From a virus (Duplodnaviria; Caudoviricetes), in IMG/VR virus record IMGVR_UViG_3300032226_000163, positions 1 to 44,229 of that record: DNA of 44,229 nt; one strand, given 5' to 3'. The notes below the pieces were generated by a model, which ran no database searches, had not been told where the DNA came from, and saw nothing but the letters and a program-made list of their open reading frames with translations. This document shows, piece after piece, positions 1 through 8,744 of this stretch (positions are counted from its first letter, which is position 1; every line of letters begins with the position of its first letter). The position numbers were made by a program, and so were the translations under genes.

Positions 1-411
1 CCCCTCAACCGTATCGTCGTTAATAATGCGGAATTCTCTTCCGTGGATTTTAAATCTTGTACCTGCGTATGCACGTGTCAAAACAAAATCACCCTCTTTA
101 CACCATGGACCTGTAGGAAATCTGACTTCATCTTTATAAGCTAAGTCACCTACTTTTACTACAAATAAAACTACAGTCGAATGTTCCTCTATAGATTTAG
201 CACCAGCTGCTTTAACAATGCCGCCTTTATATGTTTCCTCTGCTTCTGGAATTGCACATAAAATTCTATAGCCTTTTGGTTCTGGAAGTTGTAAACCTCT
301 TTCTTCAATCGGTATATCTTCTGCATCTACTTCATTCACTGTTGGAATAATAATTGGTCGACCATTTGCATCAACCAAGTTTTTATTCATTGTGAGTATT
401 TGTTCACTCAT
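1..411 (-). CDS. groES: Co-chaperonin GroES/Cpn10-like protein (runs off the window edge)
   Basis: Not in the ORF track. Manual translation from the ATG at 411 gives MSEQILTM...LPEPKGYRILCAIPEAEETYKGGIVK...VVKVGDLAYKDEVRFPTGPWCKEGDFVLTRAYAGTRFKIHGREFRIINDDTVEG, the Cpn10 pattern (P.G.RIL, GGI mobile loop, K.GD.V, Y.GT, F.II.D). Confidence 0.85.
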   Translation of the reverse strand, partial: MSEQILTMNKNLVDANGRPIIIPTVNEVDAEDIPIEERGLQLPEPKGYRILCAIPEAEETYKGGIVKAAGAKSIEEHSTVVLFVVKVGDLAYKDEVRFPTGPWCKEGDFVLTRAYAGTRFKIHGREFRIINDDTVEG

Positions 412-598
412 CTTCAAACGTCTCCATTCTTTGTGCGAGGTCTTTAATCAAACTTTCTGCTACGGATAAACCTCGAATATATCCGGTCATATTTTGGTAC
501 GAAGCAAAATCTTTTGCTGCTCCGTCTCCTAAATTTATTAATACTGTTTTGCGCTGATCATCTATTCGAGACAATAATAGCTCTAGCGTTTGGTCCAT
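404..598 (-). CDS. Small conserved head-module protein between portal and GroES
   Basis: 64-aa ORF tightly coupled to both neighbours; Y..M.G.IRGL..A pattern. Confidence 0.7.
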   Translation of the reverse strand: MDQTLELLLSRIDDQRKTVLINLGDGAAKDFASYQNMTGYIRGLSVAESLIKDLAQRMETFEDE

Positions 599-601
599 GT
601 G

Positions 602-3031
602 TTACTCCTCAGTTAATTGTGTATCCTGTTTTTGTTCAGAAAGTTTTAATCCTATTTCTACTCCACGAGCATTCTGATCAGCTTCTAATTTATCTTTATC
701 AAAAGCAGATTTAGCTCCAAGTTTAGCGCCTTCAATTCTTTCTTGAGAATCAATTTTTTCTTTATCCAGCATTAATCTTGCTTTGTCTAATTCAATATCT
801 GCTTGAGATTTTTGCGCTTTGATTTGCACTTCTTGTTGTTTAATTGCTAACTCTTGTTGTTGCATTTGAATTAACGGATCCTGAGCTTGTTGCTGAGCTT
901 GTTGTTGAGCTACTTCTTTTTGATTAAGTTGCAATAGTTGCTCAGCAGCTTGTGCTGTAAGTTTAGATAACTCAACTTCAACTGTTTCAGGTAAAGTATC
1001 ATCAGGAGCGGGAAGCGATGCTCCTAATTGTTTTTCTATTTGTTGTCTGTAAGCAAAGGCAATGTGTTCATTAATATGAGCCATTGCAGCTGCTTGTATT
1101 ACTTGAGCTTGAGGATTTTGACCTATAAGTTGTGCAATCTTAGGATCTTGCATAGCAGTCATATGTACTTTAATGTGCGCTTCATGATCTTGATAGATAA
1201 ACGCTTTAACAGGTTTACCGTTAATAATGTTCATATTTTCTGATACAGGATCTTTTGGTTTTTGATCATCGGCACTTGGTATAAGTTTACCTATATTCTT
1301 AACCCCTAGTACTTCTAACATTTGTTTGTTTAGTTCTACTTGATCATATATTTGTGGATTAGCTTGAGCCATTTGCATAACTGCTTGATACTGAACCACT
1401 TTTTGTGACATTGTAGCTGCATTAGGATCACTAACTGGAATTACATCTACATTATCATAGTCAGATTGTTTAGCGCGTCTATCACCTACTTCAGGTTCGT
1501 AGCTATATTCTGTTGGCGTGTAATCACGAATAATACCTTTAAGCAATTTAAACTCTTGTTTCATCGCATAGTAAATACGAGCTTGAACTGCGCTCATTAC
1601 TTTTAAGGTACGTTCAAGAATTGCCAGTGTAGTACCCACTGGGCTGTTAGCAGACATGTCTGATACTTTCATATCAGCAGCAGAAGCAAAACGTCGTCCT
1701 TCTTCAATAATTTGATTCATTAATTGATTAAGAACTTGACTTGGTTCTTTATAAGGCAACGGTAAAATATTATCGCGTATCGCACCTGATGGTACATCTA
1801 CATCTCTAAATTCACCTGGAGCAATTGGGGTGTCATCACCTTTAATACGAAGACCACGAGACTTAAGACCGCCTGGTAAGTTTGCTAATGTGCCTGCATC
1901 AACTAATTGACGTAAAATCATTGTGCCTGATTTTGCAAAGGCACCAATTAAATGTATTAAACCAAAGCAATAAAAACCAAAGCCTGGAATATATCCGTAA
2001 TGAACAAAATGTTGACGCTTAGCTTTTAACTTATCGTCTGGATTCCAATTACGACGAATTGCTAAGATAGTGCCTGTACCTTTTTCAATTGTTATTACAT
2101 AAGGTAATGCAATCCCATCTTCACTATCACCATTTTCTAAATCAAGATTAACATGCATCTCAAGGATTTTATATCTGTCATCTTCTGTTGGATTAAATCC
2201 TAATTTCTCTGCAATTTTCTTTTCAGCTTCATCAATATCTAAATACGGGTCACCCAAATCTACATCACGATAAAAACCTGCAACTTGTAGTTTATGTAAT
2301 TCATTCTTTGTTTTACGCATGACATGCGTTACGCGCTCTGCTGTTTCTAAATTAGATGCACCGTATGGAACTACGATATCTTCAGCAGGAACATACATCG
2401 ATACTTGGCGTTCAATGTTAGGATCATAATAAACTTTCTTAAATGCATTACCAGATAAACCTAGTCCCCATAACATTCTTTCATGCTCAGGTCTATACTC
2501 AGGCATCATATCTGTAAGCTGATAGTTCATATCATCTTTTACACGTTCGGCAGCGTCTTCTTTTTCTTTTGTTTGCTTACCAACGATTACTGTTTTAACT
2601 GGGCCTGCCGCTGGAAATGTCTCCATCATAGTTTCAGCTTGGAACTTAACCAGCGCTTCTGTCATTAAGGGGTGGTACACATTGCATGCACCAGGCCACG
2701 GTTCTGTTCTGTCTTCTACTTTTAAACCTAGTAATTCTAAGCCATCAACATAAGTAGTTAACCAATCTTTTCTTGAATTAATATCAGCATCATACTCACC
2801 CATTAAATCACCTGACAACTCAGTCAACTGACCTTCATCCATGTCTTCTGCTAAGTTAGCATTGAACTCATCATCCTTTTCTTTACCAGGAATAATAGTA
2901 ATCTCCATGCTGCCATCATCTAATGTAACTGAATCTGGATTTTCAATTTCAATACTTAGGTCTGGTTGACCCATTGCTAATTCTTCTAGGCCTTGAGGTG
3001 CTTGTGCTAAACTTTTATCTATGTCTGCCAT
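602..3031 (-). CDS. Portal protein (podovirus type, Gln-rich C-terminal coiled coil)
   Basis: 809 aa directly downstream of TerL; motifs PWPGAC.V.HP, FKKVYYD, GFY.FGLIHLIG, LRQLVDAGTLANLPGG. Confidence 0.88.
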   Translation of the reverse strand: MADIDKSLAQAPQGLEELAMGQPDLSIEIENPDSVTLDDGSMEITIIPGKEKDDEFNANLAEDMDEGQLTELSGDLMGEYDADINSRKDWLTTYVDGLELLGLKVEDRTEPWPGACNVYHPLMTEALVKFQAETMMETFPAAGPVKTVIVGKQTKEKEDAAERVKDDMNYQLTDMMPEYRPEHERMLWGLGLSGNAFKKVYYDPNIERQVSMYVPAEDIVVPYGASNLETAERVTHVMRKTKNELHKLQVAGFYRDVDLGDPYLDIDEAEKKIAEKLGFNPTEDDRYKILEMHVNLDLENGDSEDGIALPYVITIEKGTGTILAIRRNWNPDDKLKAKRQHFVHYGYIPGFGFYCFGLIHLIGAFAKSGTMILRQLVDAGTLANLPGGLKSRGLRIKGDDTPIAPGEFRDVDVPSGAIRDNILPLPYKEPSQVLNQLMNQIIEEGRRFASAADMKVSDMSANSPVGTTLAILERTLKVMSAVQARIYYAMKQEFKLLKGIIRDYTPTEYSYEPEVGDRRAKQSDYDNVDVIPVSDPNAATMSQKVVQYQAVMQMAQANPQIYDQVELNKQMLEVLGVKNIGKLIPSADDQKPKDPVSENMNIINGKPVKAFIYQDHEAHIKVHMTAMQDPKIAQLIGQNPQAQVIQAAAMAHINEHIAFAYRQQIEKQLGASLPAPDDTLPETVEVELSKLTAQAAEQLLQLNQKEVAQQQAQQQAQDPLIQMQQQELAIKQQEVQIKAQKSQADIELDKARLMLDKEKIDSQERIEGAKLGAKSAFDKDKLEADQNARGVEIGLKLSEQKQDTQLTEE

Positions 3032-3040
3032 ATGTTGTCC

Positions 3041-4582
3041 TTATATTGCGTATAATCTGTTTCGAGAACTTCTAAATCCTGGTATATCTTCAGGCTCATC
3101 ATTAGGTAATCTAATGAACCCACCTTGTCTAAATCTCATTAACGCCATCGTGGTACTATCCACTTGGTCATCGTTGGCACCTGATGGAAAGTCATTACAT
3201 TCCTCAATCAACTCGTGTGCCCACCTTTTATCAGGAGCCCACACTATACCAGATCTGAAGAGATCTGCCACAGAGTTAACGCGGCTAATCTTATCTTGAC
3301 CTTTTCCAGGTGTAAATTCCCCCAGCGGAATACCCATTCTTCTCATTTCCTGATAGAGAGCGGCTCCGTTAGATTTCTTTTCTACTATGAGTGCGTCTGG
3401 TTCCCATTCCTTGTACTCACGTAACATTAACTCTTTTAACTCAGGGAACTCTAGTCTTTCCTTAATAGCATTTAGCAGTATTATATTATAATTATTGGTC
3501 TCTTCGTTAAAAAAGACACCCCACGTAGTTAACGAATTATAATCCGCTCTAGTATTAGCTTCTTGTGCAGCATCAAGAGACATGATTGTAAACTCACAAC
3601 TTGGTGGCACTTCGTCCTCCCATATTTTCCACCATTCGCGCTTGATGAGGGCACCTTCTTCTGAGACTGGGTTCTGTAAGTATTGAGCATTCCAGTACCG
3701 TACATCTAGTGCTGCCTTCTTTGCCTGTAATTCTTCAAGTGGCCAAAATTCAGGCCAAAGTGAAGCTTCGTTACCTTCTTTGTCTTCAATAATTGCTGGA
3801 AATTCAACGACTTCCCAATCATCAACGCCGTCTTGCTTTATCATTTGGTTAACTATTTGGCCGGTTAAGTCTAGCTTAGACCACCTAGTCATTACCACAA
3901 TAATCGCACCGCCCGGCATAAGACGTTGAATTGGACCAGACTGAAACCACTCCCAAGCAGGCAGAAAAACATCCGCTCGTCCCAATTTGGCGTCTTGCTC
4001 GGAGTGTGGATCATCAATGATAAACAAATCAGCCCCGCGACCAGCGAGGGCACCACCAACACCAATAGCAAAATATTCTCCATTATGATTTGTTCCCCAT
4101 CTACTTGCAGACTTACTATCTGCTTGTAGTTCTACGTCGGGAAAAACATCTTTATAAGCATCACTACCCACAAGATTACGAACACGTCTTCCAAAGTTAA
4201 CTGCAAGGTCAGCTGTATGAGATGCCATAATAATCTTCTTGTGCGGGTACTTACCCAAAAACCAAGCCGGTGCCAAATATGAGATGAGTTCGGATTTCCC
4301 GTGTCGCGGAGCAATGTTAACAATAACTCGTTTCTTTTCGCCGTTAGCAATCGCTTCAAATATTTTAGCAAGTCTACGATGATGATTCCCTACTTTATAA
4401 CCTGGATACACATGGTCAATAAATTCTAAAAATGTTCCTTGTCTTTTTTCAATTGCTTGAGTTTTTTCTAACTCATTTAATTCAGCAAGCAACTGCTGTT
4501 GTTCTCGCGGAGGCAAAACACTTATATTAGCTAGCGCTGTATCTAAATCAGCATCAGTGATGCCAGCTATTTCTATAGGCAT
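3041..4582 (-). CDS. terL: Terminase large subunit
   Basis: Walker A APRHGKS, Walker B LFIIDDP, VMTRW coupling motif, RNase H-like nuclease motifs SLD, IVEKKSNG and DDQVD. Confidence 0.96.
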   Translation of the reverse strand: MPIEIAGITDADLDTALANISVLPPREQQQLLAELNELEKTQAIEKRQGTFLEFIDHVYPGYKVGNHHRRLAKIFEAIANGEKKRVIVNIAPRHGKSELISYLAPAWFLGKYPHKKIIMASHTADLAVNFGRRVRNLVGSDAYKDVFPDVELQADSKSASRWGTNHNGEYFAIGVGGALAGRGADLFIIDDPHSEQDAKLGRADVFLPAWEWFQSGPIQRLMPGGAIIVVMTRWSKLDLTGQIVNQMIKQDGVDDWEVVEFPAIIEDKEGNEASLWPEFWPLEELQAKKAALDVRYWNAQYLQNPVSEEGALIKREWWKIWEDEVPPSCEFTIMSLDAAQEANTRADYNSLTTWGVFFNEETNNYNIILLNAIKERLEFPELKELMLREYKEWEPDALIVEKKSNGAALYQEMRRMGIPLGEFTPGKGQDKISRVNSVADLFRSGIVWAPDKRWAHELIEECNDFPSGANDDQVDSTTMALMRFRQGGFIRLPNDEPEDIPGFRSSRNRLYAI

Positions 4583-4583
4583 G

Positions 4584-5168
4584 TTATTCTTTTGTTTCTG
4601 TTACATTAACTGCATCGATAATTTCAAATGATGTATCGATAGCTGCGGTCTTACCAAGAATTTTAAATAGTTTATTTTTAATTTGTGCTTGTAAATCTTC
4701 TTGGCTTAAATTCTTAACTGTAATTTCTGTTTTTTCTGAGAATAAACCTACATCACTAATCTTACCGAGTAGCTCTAGGGCTTTTAATCTGTGTCTTGGG
4801 TCTGATAATCCTGCATCTTCTAGAAGTTTATTTGTAACAAACCGTCTCAACTGGACGGCTTCTTGTACAACTTGATGATCATAGTCCGATAACATCAAAA
4901 ATAAATGCTGAACTGTAGCTGGAGTAGCTAATGCTTTATTAACTGAAGCATTTAATGTGTTTTTACCTTCAGGATCTGTATATTGTTTAAATATATCCGC
5001 CGCTTCTTGCTTTTCTTGTGTAGAAACAGGGATTTCTGCTCCGCCTTCTACTAAAACTTTAGCAGTTGCCGTTACAACCTTAACTTTTCCGTCTAAAGTT
5101 GTGGGTTCTTCTGCCTCAAAGTCATCAGGCAGGGGTTTATTTGTTTCTGGTATGATTTTTAATGCCAT
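4584..5168 (-). CDS. Putative terminase small subunit
   Basis: Immediately upstream of terL (1-bp gap); RLKALELLGK..GLF.EK.EIT motif typical of TerS oligomerisation regions; start moved to ATG 5168 (MALKII). Confidence 0.6.
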   Translation of the reverse strand: MALKIIPETNKPLPDDFEAEEPTTLDGKVKVVTATAKVLVEGGAEIPVSTQEKQEAADIFKQYTDPEGKNTLNASVNKALATPATVQHLFLMLSDYDHQVVQEAVQLRRFVTNKLLEDAGLSDPRHRLKALELLGKISDVGLFSEKTEITVKNLSQEDLQAQIKNKLFKILGKTAAIDTSFEIIDAVNVTETKE

Positions 5169-5217
5169 AAAATGTCGCTGTTTACATCCTAGAAATTTAT
5201 TTGCAGCTATTGCGGCC

Positions 5218-5246
5218 AATATATAGTAAATTGTTATATTAATCAA
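5218..5246 (-). promoter_or_regulatory. Possible sigma70 promoter for the packaging operon
   Basis: Minus strand TTGATT-N17-TATATT about 50 bp upstream of the terS ATG. Confidence 0.4.
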
Positions 5247-5269
5247 GTGCTTTTTTGGTACAATGGGTT

Positions 5270-5614
5270 ATGAAAACTACTCTTACTTCTAAGAATTTAG
5301 AGATTCTCTACAACATGGCTTGTCAGATGCCACCTTTTAATAAACTCCCCATGCCTAAATCAAACAAAGTTAGCTTTAAAGTTATTAAAGACCCTACCAT
5401 CTATGGATGCTTTGATGAGCATGAGATGGAAATTCAAATAAGTTCTGGTTCTTGTGGGTACTTCATTACTATTTTTCAAACCCTTCTCCATGAGATGGTG
5501 CATCTAGCCTTATATGTAAGAGGTGATGATGATTTTCATGAGCATGGTCCTAAGTTCCTCCGCATCAAAGACGTCTACTCCGAGTTATACAACTTCGATC
5601 CAAAAGCAATCTAG
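5270..5614 (+). CDS. SprT-like zinc metalloprotease
   Basis: TLLHEMVHL (HExxH) followed by HEHGPKF, the SprT-like H..F signature; start at ATG 5270. Confidence 0.75.
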   Translation: MKTTLTSKNLEILYNMACQMPPFNKLPMPKSNKVSFKVIKDPTIYGCFDEHEMEIQISSGSCGYFITIFQTLLHEMVHLALYVRGDDDFHEHGPKFLRIKDVYSELYNFDPKAI

Positions 5615-5666
5615 TTTTCATTCATTGTTGCAGCTTTGGTGTTTTGAATGAAAACCCGTTTTTTTT
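5614..5666 (+). terminator. Possible intrinsic terminator after the SprT-like gene
   Basis: 11-bp inverted repeat GTTTTCATTCA (5614-5624)/TGAATGAAAAC (5645-5655) followed by a T8 tract; the loop is large (20 nt). Confidence 0.4.
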
Positions 5667-5836
5667 AAATTTTTTATAAAAATTTTTTTGAATGACCCTT
5701 TTCTTTTGATAGGGGGTGGGTTTCTATAATCCAATTTTATAAAAATACCCTATCGTTTATGCTCGGCTCAATGTATACGCGTGTGCGTGAACCTTATTAT
5801 ATATTGGGGCTATGGGGGGCGGGTAGGTCAATAAAC

Positions 5837-5864
5837 TTGACATTGTAAGGTTTTCCTGTATAAT
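5837..5864 (+). promoter_or_regulatory. Strong sigma70 early promoter P1
   Basis: TTGACA-N16-TATAAT, both hexamers perfect consensus. Confidence 0.8.
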
Positions 5865-5891
5865 GAGGGTTATCAATTAAATAAATTGATA

Positions 5892-5923
5892 GCGACAAAG
5901 GAATAATTTTATACCAATGTCGT
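5892..5923 (+). repeat. 32-bp interrupted palindrome, copy 1
   Basis: GCGACA AAG GAATA ATTT TATAC CAA TGTCGT. Confidence 0.85.
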
Positions 5924-5954
5924 TTTAACTTAACTAACATGAGGAGTTATTAAC

Positions 5955-6575
5955 ATGAAACAAAATACTAAACCAAGTAAAGTAGTTAATGCCGTTGAAT
6001 TATCACAAGCAAGGGTTGAATTTATTGATAATGCTATCGGTTATGAAATACAGGTAATTGAAATGGATAATTTATACAATAAAGACCGAGCAAGTTTAAA
6101 GAAGTTATTACATGAAAATGTAGCGTTAGCAATGGGTGAAACGCCAACCTATATTGAATGGAATTATATCCATGAGTTATTCCGTCAAGGTGTATGCAAA
6201 GAGACAGGCATGGAGTTTGATAGCTTTGATAAAAATATTTGGAGTGATATTACTTCAAACCTTGAAACCTCGTTTGAATTAGTGAAACCAAAAAGCCCCA
6301 ATGTTAAGAGTGAGCAAAAATCAGAGCAAAGAGCCAAAATTGAGGCTTTAACTGATGATGAGTTAAGAGCTCAAGGGAAAATTGTAGAGTTAGCAAAACG
6401 AGAAGAAAAGCGTATTAAAAACGCTGAAAAGTTAGAAAAGGATAGTAAAAAAGAATTATCAAAGAAAATAAAAGATAATCATAATAAGTTAATAGAAAAT
6501 GAATTTGCCTTTGCTTGTTGGATTGATAACAATACCAATATGTTAAGAGAGCAATTTTTAGACTCACAAAGTTAA
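5955..6575 (+). CDS. Hypothetical early protein (stand-alone transcription unit)
   Basis: 206 aa, GAGGAG RBS, own promoter and terminator, highly charged C-terminal half. Confidence 0.8.
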   Translation: MKQNTKPSKVVNAVELSQARVEFIDNAIGYEIQVIEMDNLYNKDRASLKKLLHENVALAMGETPTYIEWNYIHELFRQGVCKETGMEFDSFDKNIWSDITSNLETSFELVKPKSPNVKSEQKSEQRAKIEALTDDELRAQGKIVELAKREEKRIKNAEKLEKDSKKELSKKIKDNHNKLIENEFAFACWIDNNTNMLREQFLDSQS

Positions 6576-6596
6576 AAAAGTTTCATAGCATTAATT

Positions 6597-6625
6597 AAGC
6601 CCTACTTTATGTAGGGCTTTTTTTT
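6597..6625 (+). terminator. Rho-independent terminator
   Basis: AAGCCCTAC-tttat-GTAGGGCTT followed by a T run. Confidence 0.9.
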
Positions 6626-6630
6626 CGTCT

Positions 6631-7361
6631 TTAACTTCGTGGCGACAACTTCGGGCCCACCGAATTATGACCGTTATTAAAGAGTATGTGAGGTATGTGA
6701 GTGATACCAATTTAACTTCGTGGCTACATAATAATGCGTGTTATAAAATTACACGCATGTCTTATAAAATTACAACAGGACTGGACAGTATGTAATTTTA
6801 CTGAATAATCAATGACTTACAACTATTGACATTGTCTACCTAGTGTAATTTTACTGTATAATCAAGCACTTAGCAAAAATACACTTTTCTATATAAATCA
6901 ATAACTTAGTATAAAATTACAAAATTACATGGAAAAAGGTATCCCCGTCTGGAAAATCAATTTAACTTCGTGGCTAACCTGTTTTTATTTTTTCTTGCCT
7001 TCGTTCGCCAACCCTGCGCAATGCCGTTTTGCGTGTAATTTTGTATTATTACTGAATAATCAATGACTTAGCTTGTAATTTTATACTTGACAAAGTAAAT
7101 ACCCTTGTAATTTTACTTAATAATCAAAGACTTATCGTGTAATTTTATACCCACAAAGTTAACAAAGTCTACTCATGAAACCCAATCAAATCAATGACTT
7201 AATAAAATTACGCTACAATGTCAATTCTATACTTGACAATATCAAGGCGACAAACCCAGTAAAAATAAAAAATGACCGTTCGTTCGTGAGTAGTCGGCGA
7301 GGATTTCCCTAAACGCAAAAAGGGAGTCGTATTTTTAGGTCTATTTATTTAACTTTGTGGC
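6631..7361. repeat. Non-coding multi-motif repeat array (iteron-like octamers, IHF sites, 12-mer motif); candidate replication origin
   Basis: 11 GTAATTTT/AAAATTAC copies, 6 AATCAANNACTTA copies, four 29-bp direct repeats, 5 TTAACTTYGTGG copies; no ORF of 60 aa or more in the track. Confidence 0.75.
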
Positions 7362-7385
7362 TATAAAAACACCGAGCCTATCCAC

Positions 7386-7414
7386 TTGACAATGTAAATT
7401 ACCTGTGCTATACT
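7386..7414 (+). promoter_or_regulatory. Sigma70 early promoter P2
   Basis: TTGACA-N17-TATACT with extended -10 TG. Confidence 0.8.
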
Positions 7415-7452
7415 TATAAAACTGCTAGAACAATAAGCAGATTAACTAACCT

Positions 7453-7484
7453 GCGACATTCGTATAACTTTATACCCTTGTCGC
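7453..7484 (+). repeat. 32-bp interrupted palindrome, copy 2
   Basis: GCGACA TTC GTATA ACTT TATAC CCT TGTCGC. Confidence 0.9.
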
Positions 7485-7503
7485 TTTTTATGAGGACTAT
7501 ATT

Positions 7504-7602
7504 ATGGTGTCAATTTATGATTGGTATATTATGGGAGTTTGCGTTGCTTTATTAGTAGGTTATATTTTATTAGTTTGGTTTGATAGAGAGGACACAAAAT
7601 GA
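7504..7602 (+). CDS. Small single-pass membrane protein (32 aa)
   Basis: Manual translation MVSIYDWYIMGVCVALLVGYILLVWFDREDTK; GAGGA RBS; ATGA overlap with the next ORF. Confidence 0.6.
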   Translation: MVSIYDWYIMGVCVALLVGYILLVWFDREDTK

Positions 7603-7751
7603 GTGATATTACTTATATCTTTGTGCAGATGTTAGTGCTTTTATGCTACGGAAGTTGGATAGCATATCGTGTAGGTTATCAGAAGGGCAGTCAGACGACA
7701 TTGGAATATTTCAATACTAAAGTTGCTATAAACAAAAGGGGAACAAAATGA
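7599..7751 (+). CDS. Small membrane protein (50 aa)
   Basis: Manual translation MSDITYIFVQMLVLLCYGSWIAYRVGYQKG...; ATGA overlaps at both ends. Confidence 0.6.
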   Translation: MSDITYIFVQMLVLLCYGSWIAYRVGYQKGSQTTLEYFNTKVAINKRGTK

Positions 7752-7927
7752 AAACAAAACCAATATTTAAAACACGAGCATCACCAAGCTATAAAGGTTA
7801 TGACAGGGAAATATATATGTCAGAATACACACCTATAAACAAAGAACATTATAGACGCTTGAGATTTTGCACAGTCGTGTCTGTGGGTATCAATGTCTTT
7901 TTACTTCTAGTTATGGTTTTAAGATGA
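7748..7927 (+). CDS. Small protein with C-terminal TM helix (59 aa)
   Basis: Manual translation MKTKPIFK...FCTVVSVGINVFLLLVMVLR; ATGA-coupled. Confidence 0.6.
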   Translation: MKTKPIFKTRASPSYKGYDREIYMSEYTPINKEHYRRLRFCTVVSVGINVFLLLVMVLR

Positions 7928-8235
7928 ATATAGACCAAGTAAAAGAGTATGTCACCACGCAGTTAAAGTCGTATAGGGTTAAAACTATCCTAGATAACTT
8001 TAGTGATAGCGAGTGGAGGCAAATGTATAAACAGATAGCACCGACCAAGCCTTATGAAACAGAACGCAGGTTGATTGATTGGGCAAGGCATGAACTAGAC
8101 TTCTTCCGTTATGTGTTGTATAAAGAGAGACACTACGAAGAACTATTGATTGACCATGCATGTATTGATTGCTTGAAGTGTGAAGATGTATCGCTTGCCG
8201 AGAGGAAGTATTATGTCAGACGCCCACAAAGTTAA
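7924..8235 (+). CDS. Hypothetical protein
   Basis: Start moved to ATG 7924 (ATGA overlap); C-terminal HACIDC..C. Confidence 0.6.
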   Translation: MNIDQVKEYVTTQLKSYRVKTILDNFSDSEWRQMYKQIAPTKPYETERRLIDWARHELDFFRYVLYKERHYEELLIDHACIDCLKCEDVSLAERKYYVRRPQS

Positions 8236-8452
8236 AGAATTTCTACTCACATGGCTTATTAAGCATGGTCGTGATGTGGTGTGGAATATACCTGTTAAAC
8301 ACTTTAGTGGGGAACAATGGGATTTACTTGGTAGATGTATTCGCTTTGGATACATAGATAGTTTGCAAGACCCGTTTAATAGACACTTCAGTAATAAACT
8401 AACAGACGAAGGACTTAATTTTTTAAACAAAGGAGAAAAAAATGAGCAATAA
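8213..8452 (+). CDS. Hypothetical protein
   Basis: AGGA RBS before ATG 8213; sits in the operon chain. Confidence 0.55.
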   Translation: MSDAHKVKEFLLTWLIKHGRDVVWNIPVKHFSGEQWDLLGRCIRFGYIDSLQDPFNRHFSNKLTDEGLNFLNKGEKNEQ

Positions 8453-8687
8453 GATAACAATAGTATTGAGCATAAACTCAGATAGTGTGTCAAGGTTTTT
8501 GTTTGATGACTATATAAACGCTTGTCATGACGCAGGTTTGATGGTAAGGTATGAGCCGTATACTAAAGATATGTATGCAGAACTCAATGACAAAGCCCTT
8601 GACATTGAGAAACAAGATGCCCTTGCATCGCTTGAAGAAGAAATCTTAAACAACAAAGCCTGTATCAATGGCAGTTGTGAAGACTAA
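8442..8687 (+). CDS. Hypothetical protein
   Basis: AAGGAG RBS; ends C..G.CED. Confidence 0.65.
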   Translation: MSNKITIVLSINSDSVSRFLFDDYINACHDAGLMVRYEPYTKDMYAELNDKALDIEKQDALASLEEEILNNKACINGSCED

Positions 8688-8702
8688 TCAAAGGAGAAAA
8701 AT

Positions 8703-8744
8703 ATGAAACAAATCAATATCATCGTGAGCAATATCACATTCTAA
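8703..8744 (+). CDS. Putative 13-aa peptide MKQINIIVSNITF
   Basis: Strong AAGGAG RBS at normal spacing; fills the gap before the hydrolase gene. Confidence 0.3.
   Translation: MKQINIIVSNITF

Noticed and set aside
514-5226. Short plus-strand ORFs within portal, terL and terS, and same-strand alternative-frame ORFs
   Set aside because: Shadow frames of well-supported genes, with no RBS or recognisable motifs.
5806-5827. G-quadruplex
   Set aside because: Four G3 tracts are possible only with a zero-length loop, so it is treated simply as a terminus-associated G tract.
6791-7134. 29-bp direct repeats as a mini-CRISPR array
   Set aside because: Spacers are irregular (24, 169, 35 bp) and themselves contain the operator and octamer motifs. 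The repeats are non-palindromic IHF-type sequences, and no cas operon is present.
6631-7484. Similarity of TAACTTCGT and CGTATA..TATAC to loxP arms, and of ATTTAAC to dif
   Set aside because: No 13-8-13 or 11-6-11 inverted architecture, and no tyrosine recombinase in the window.
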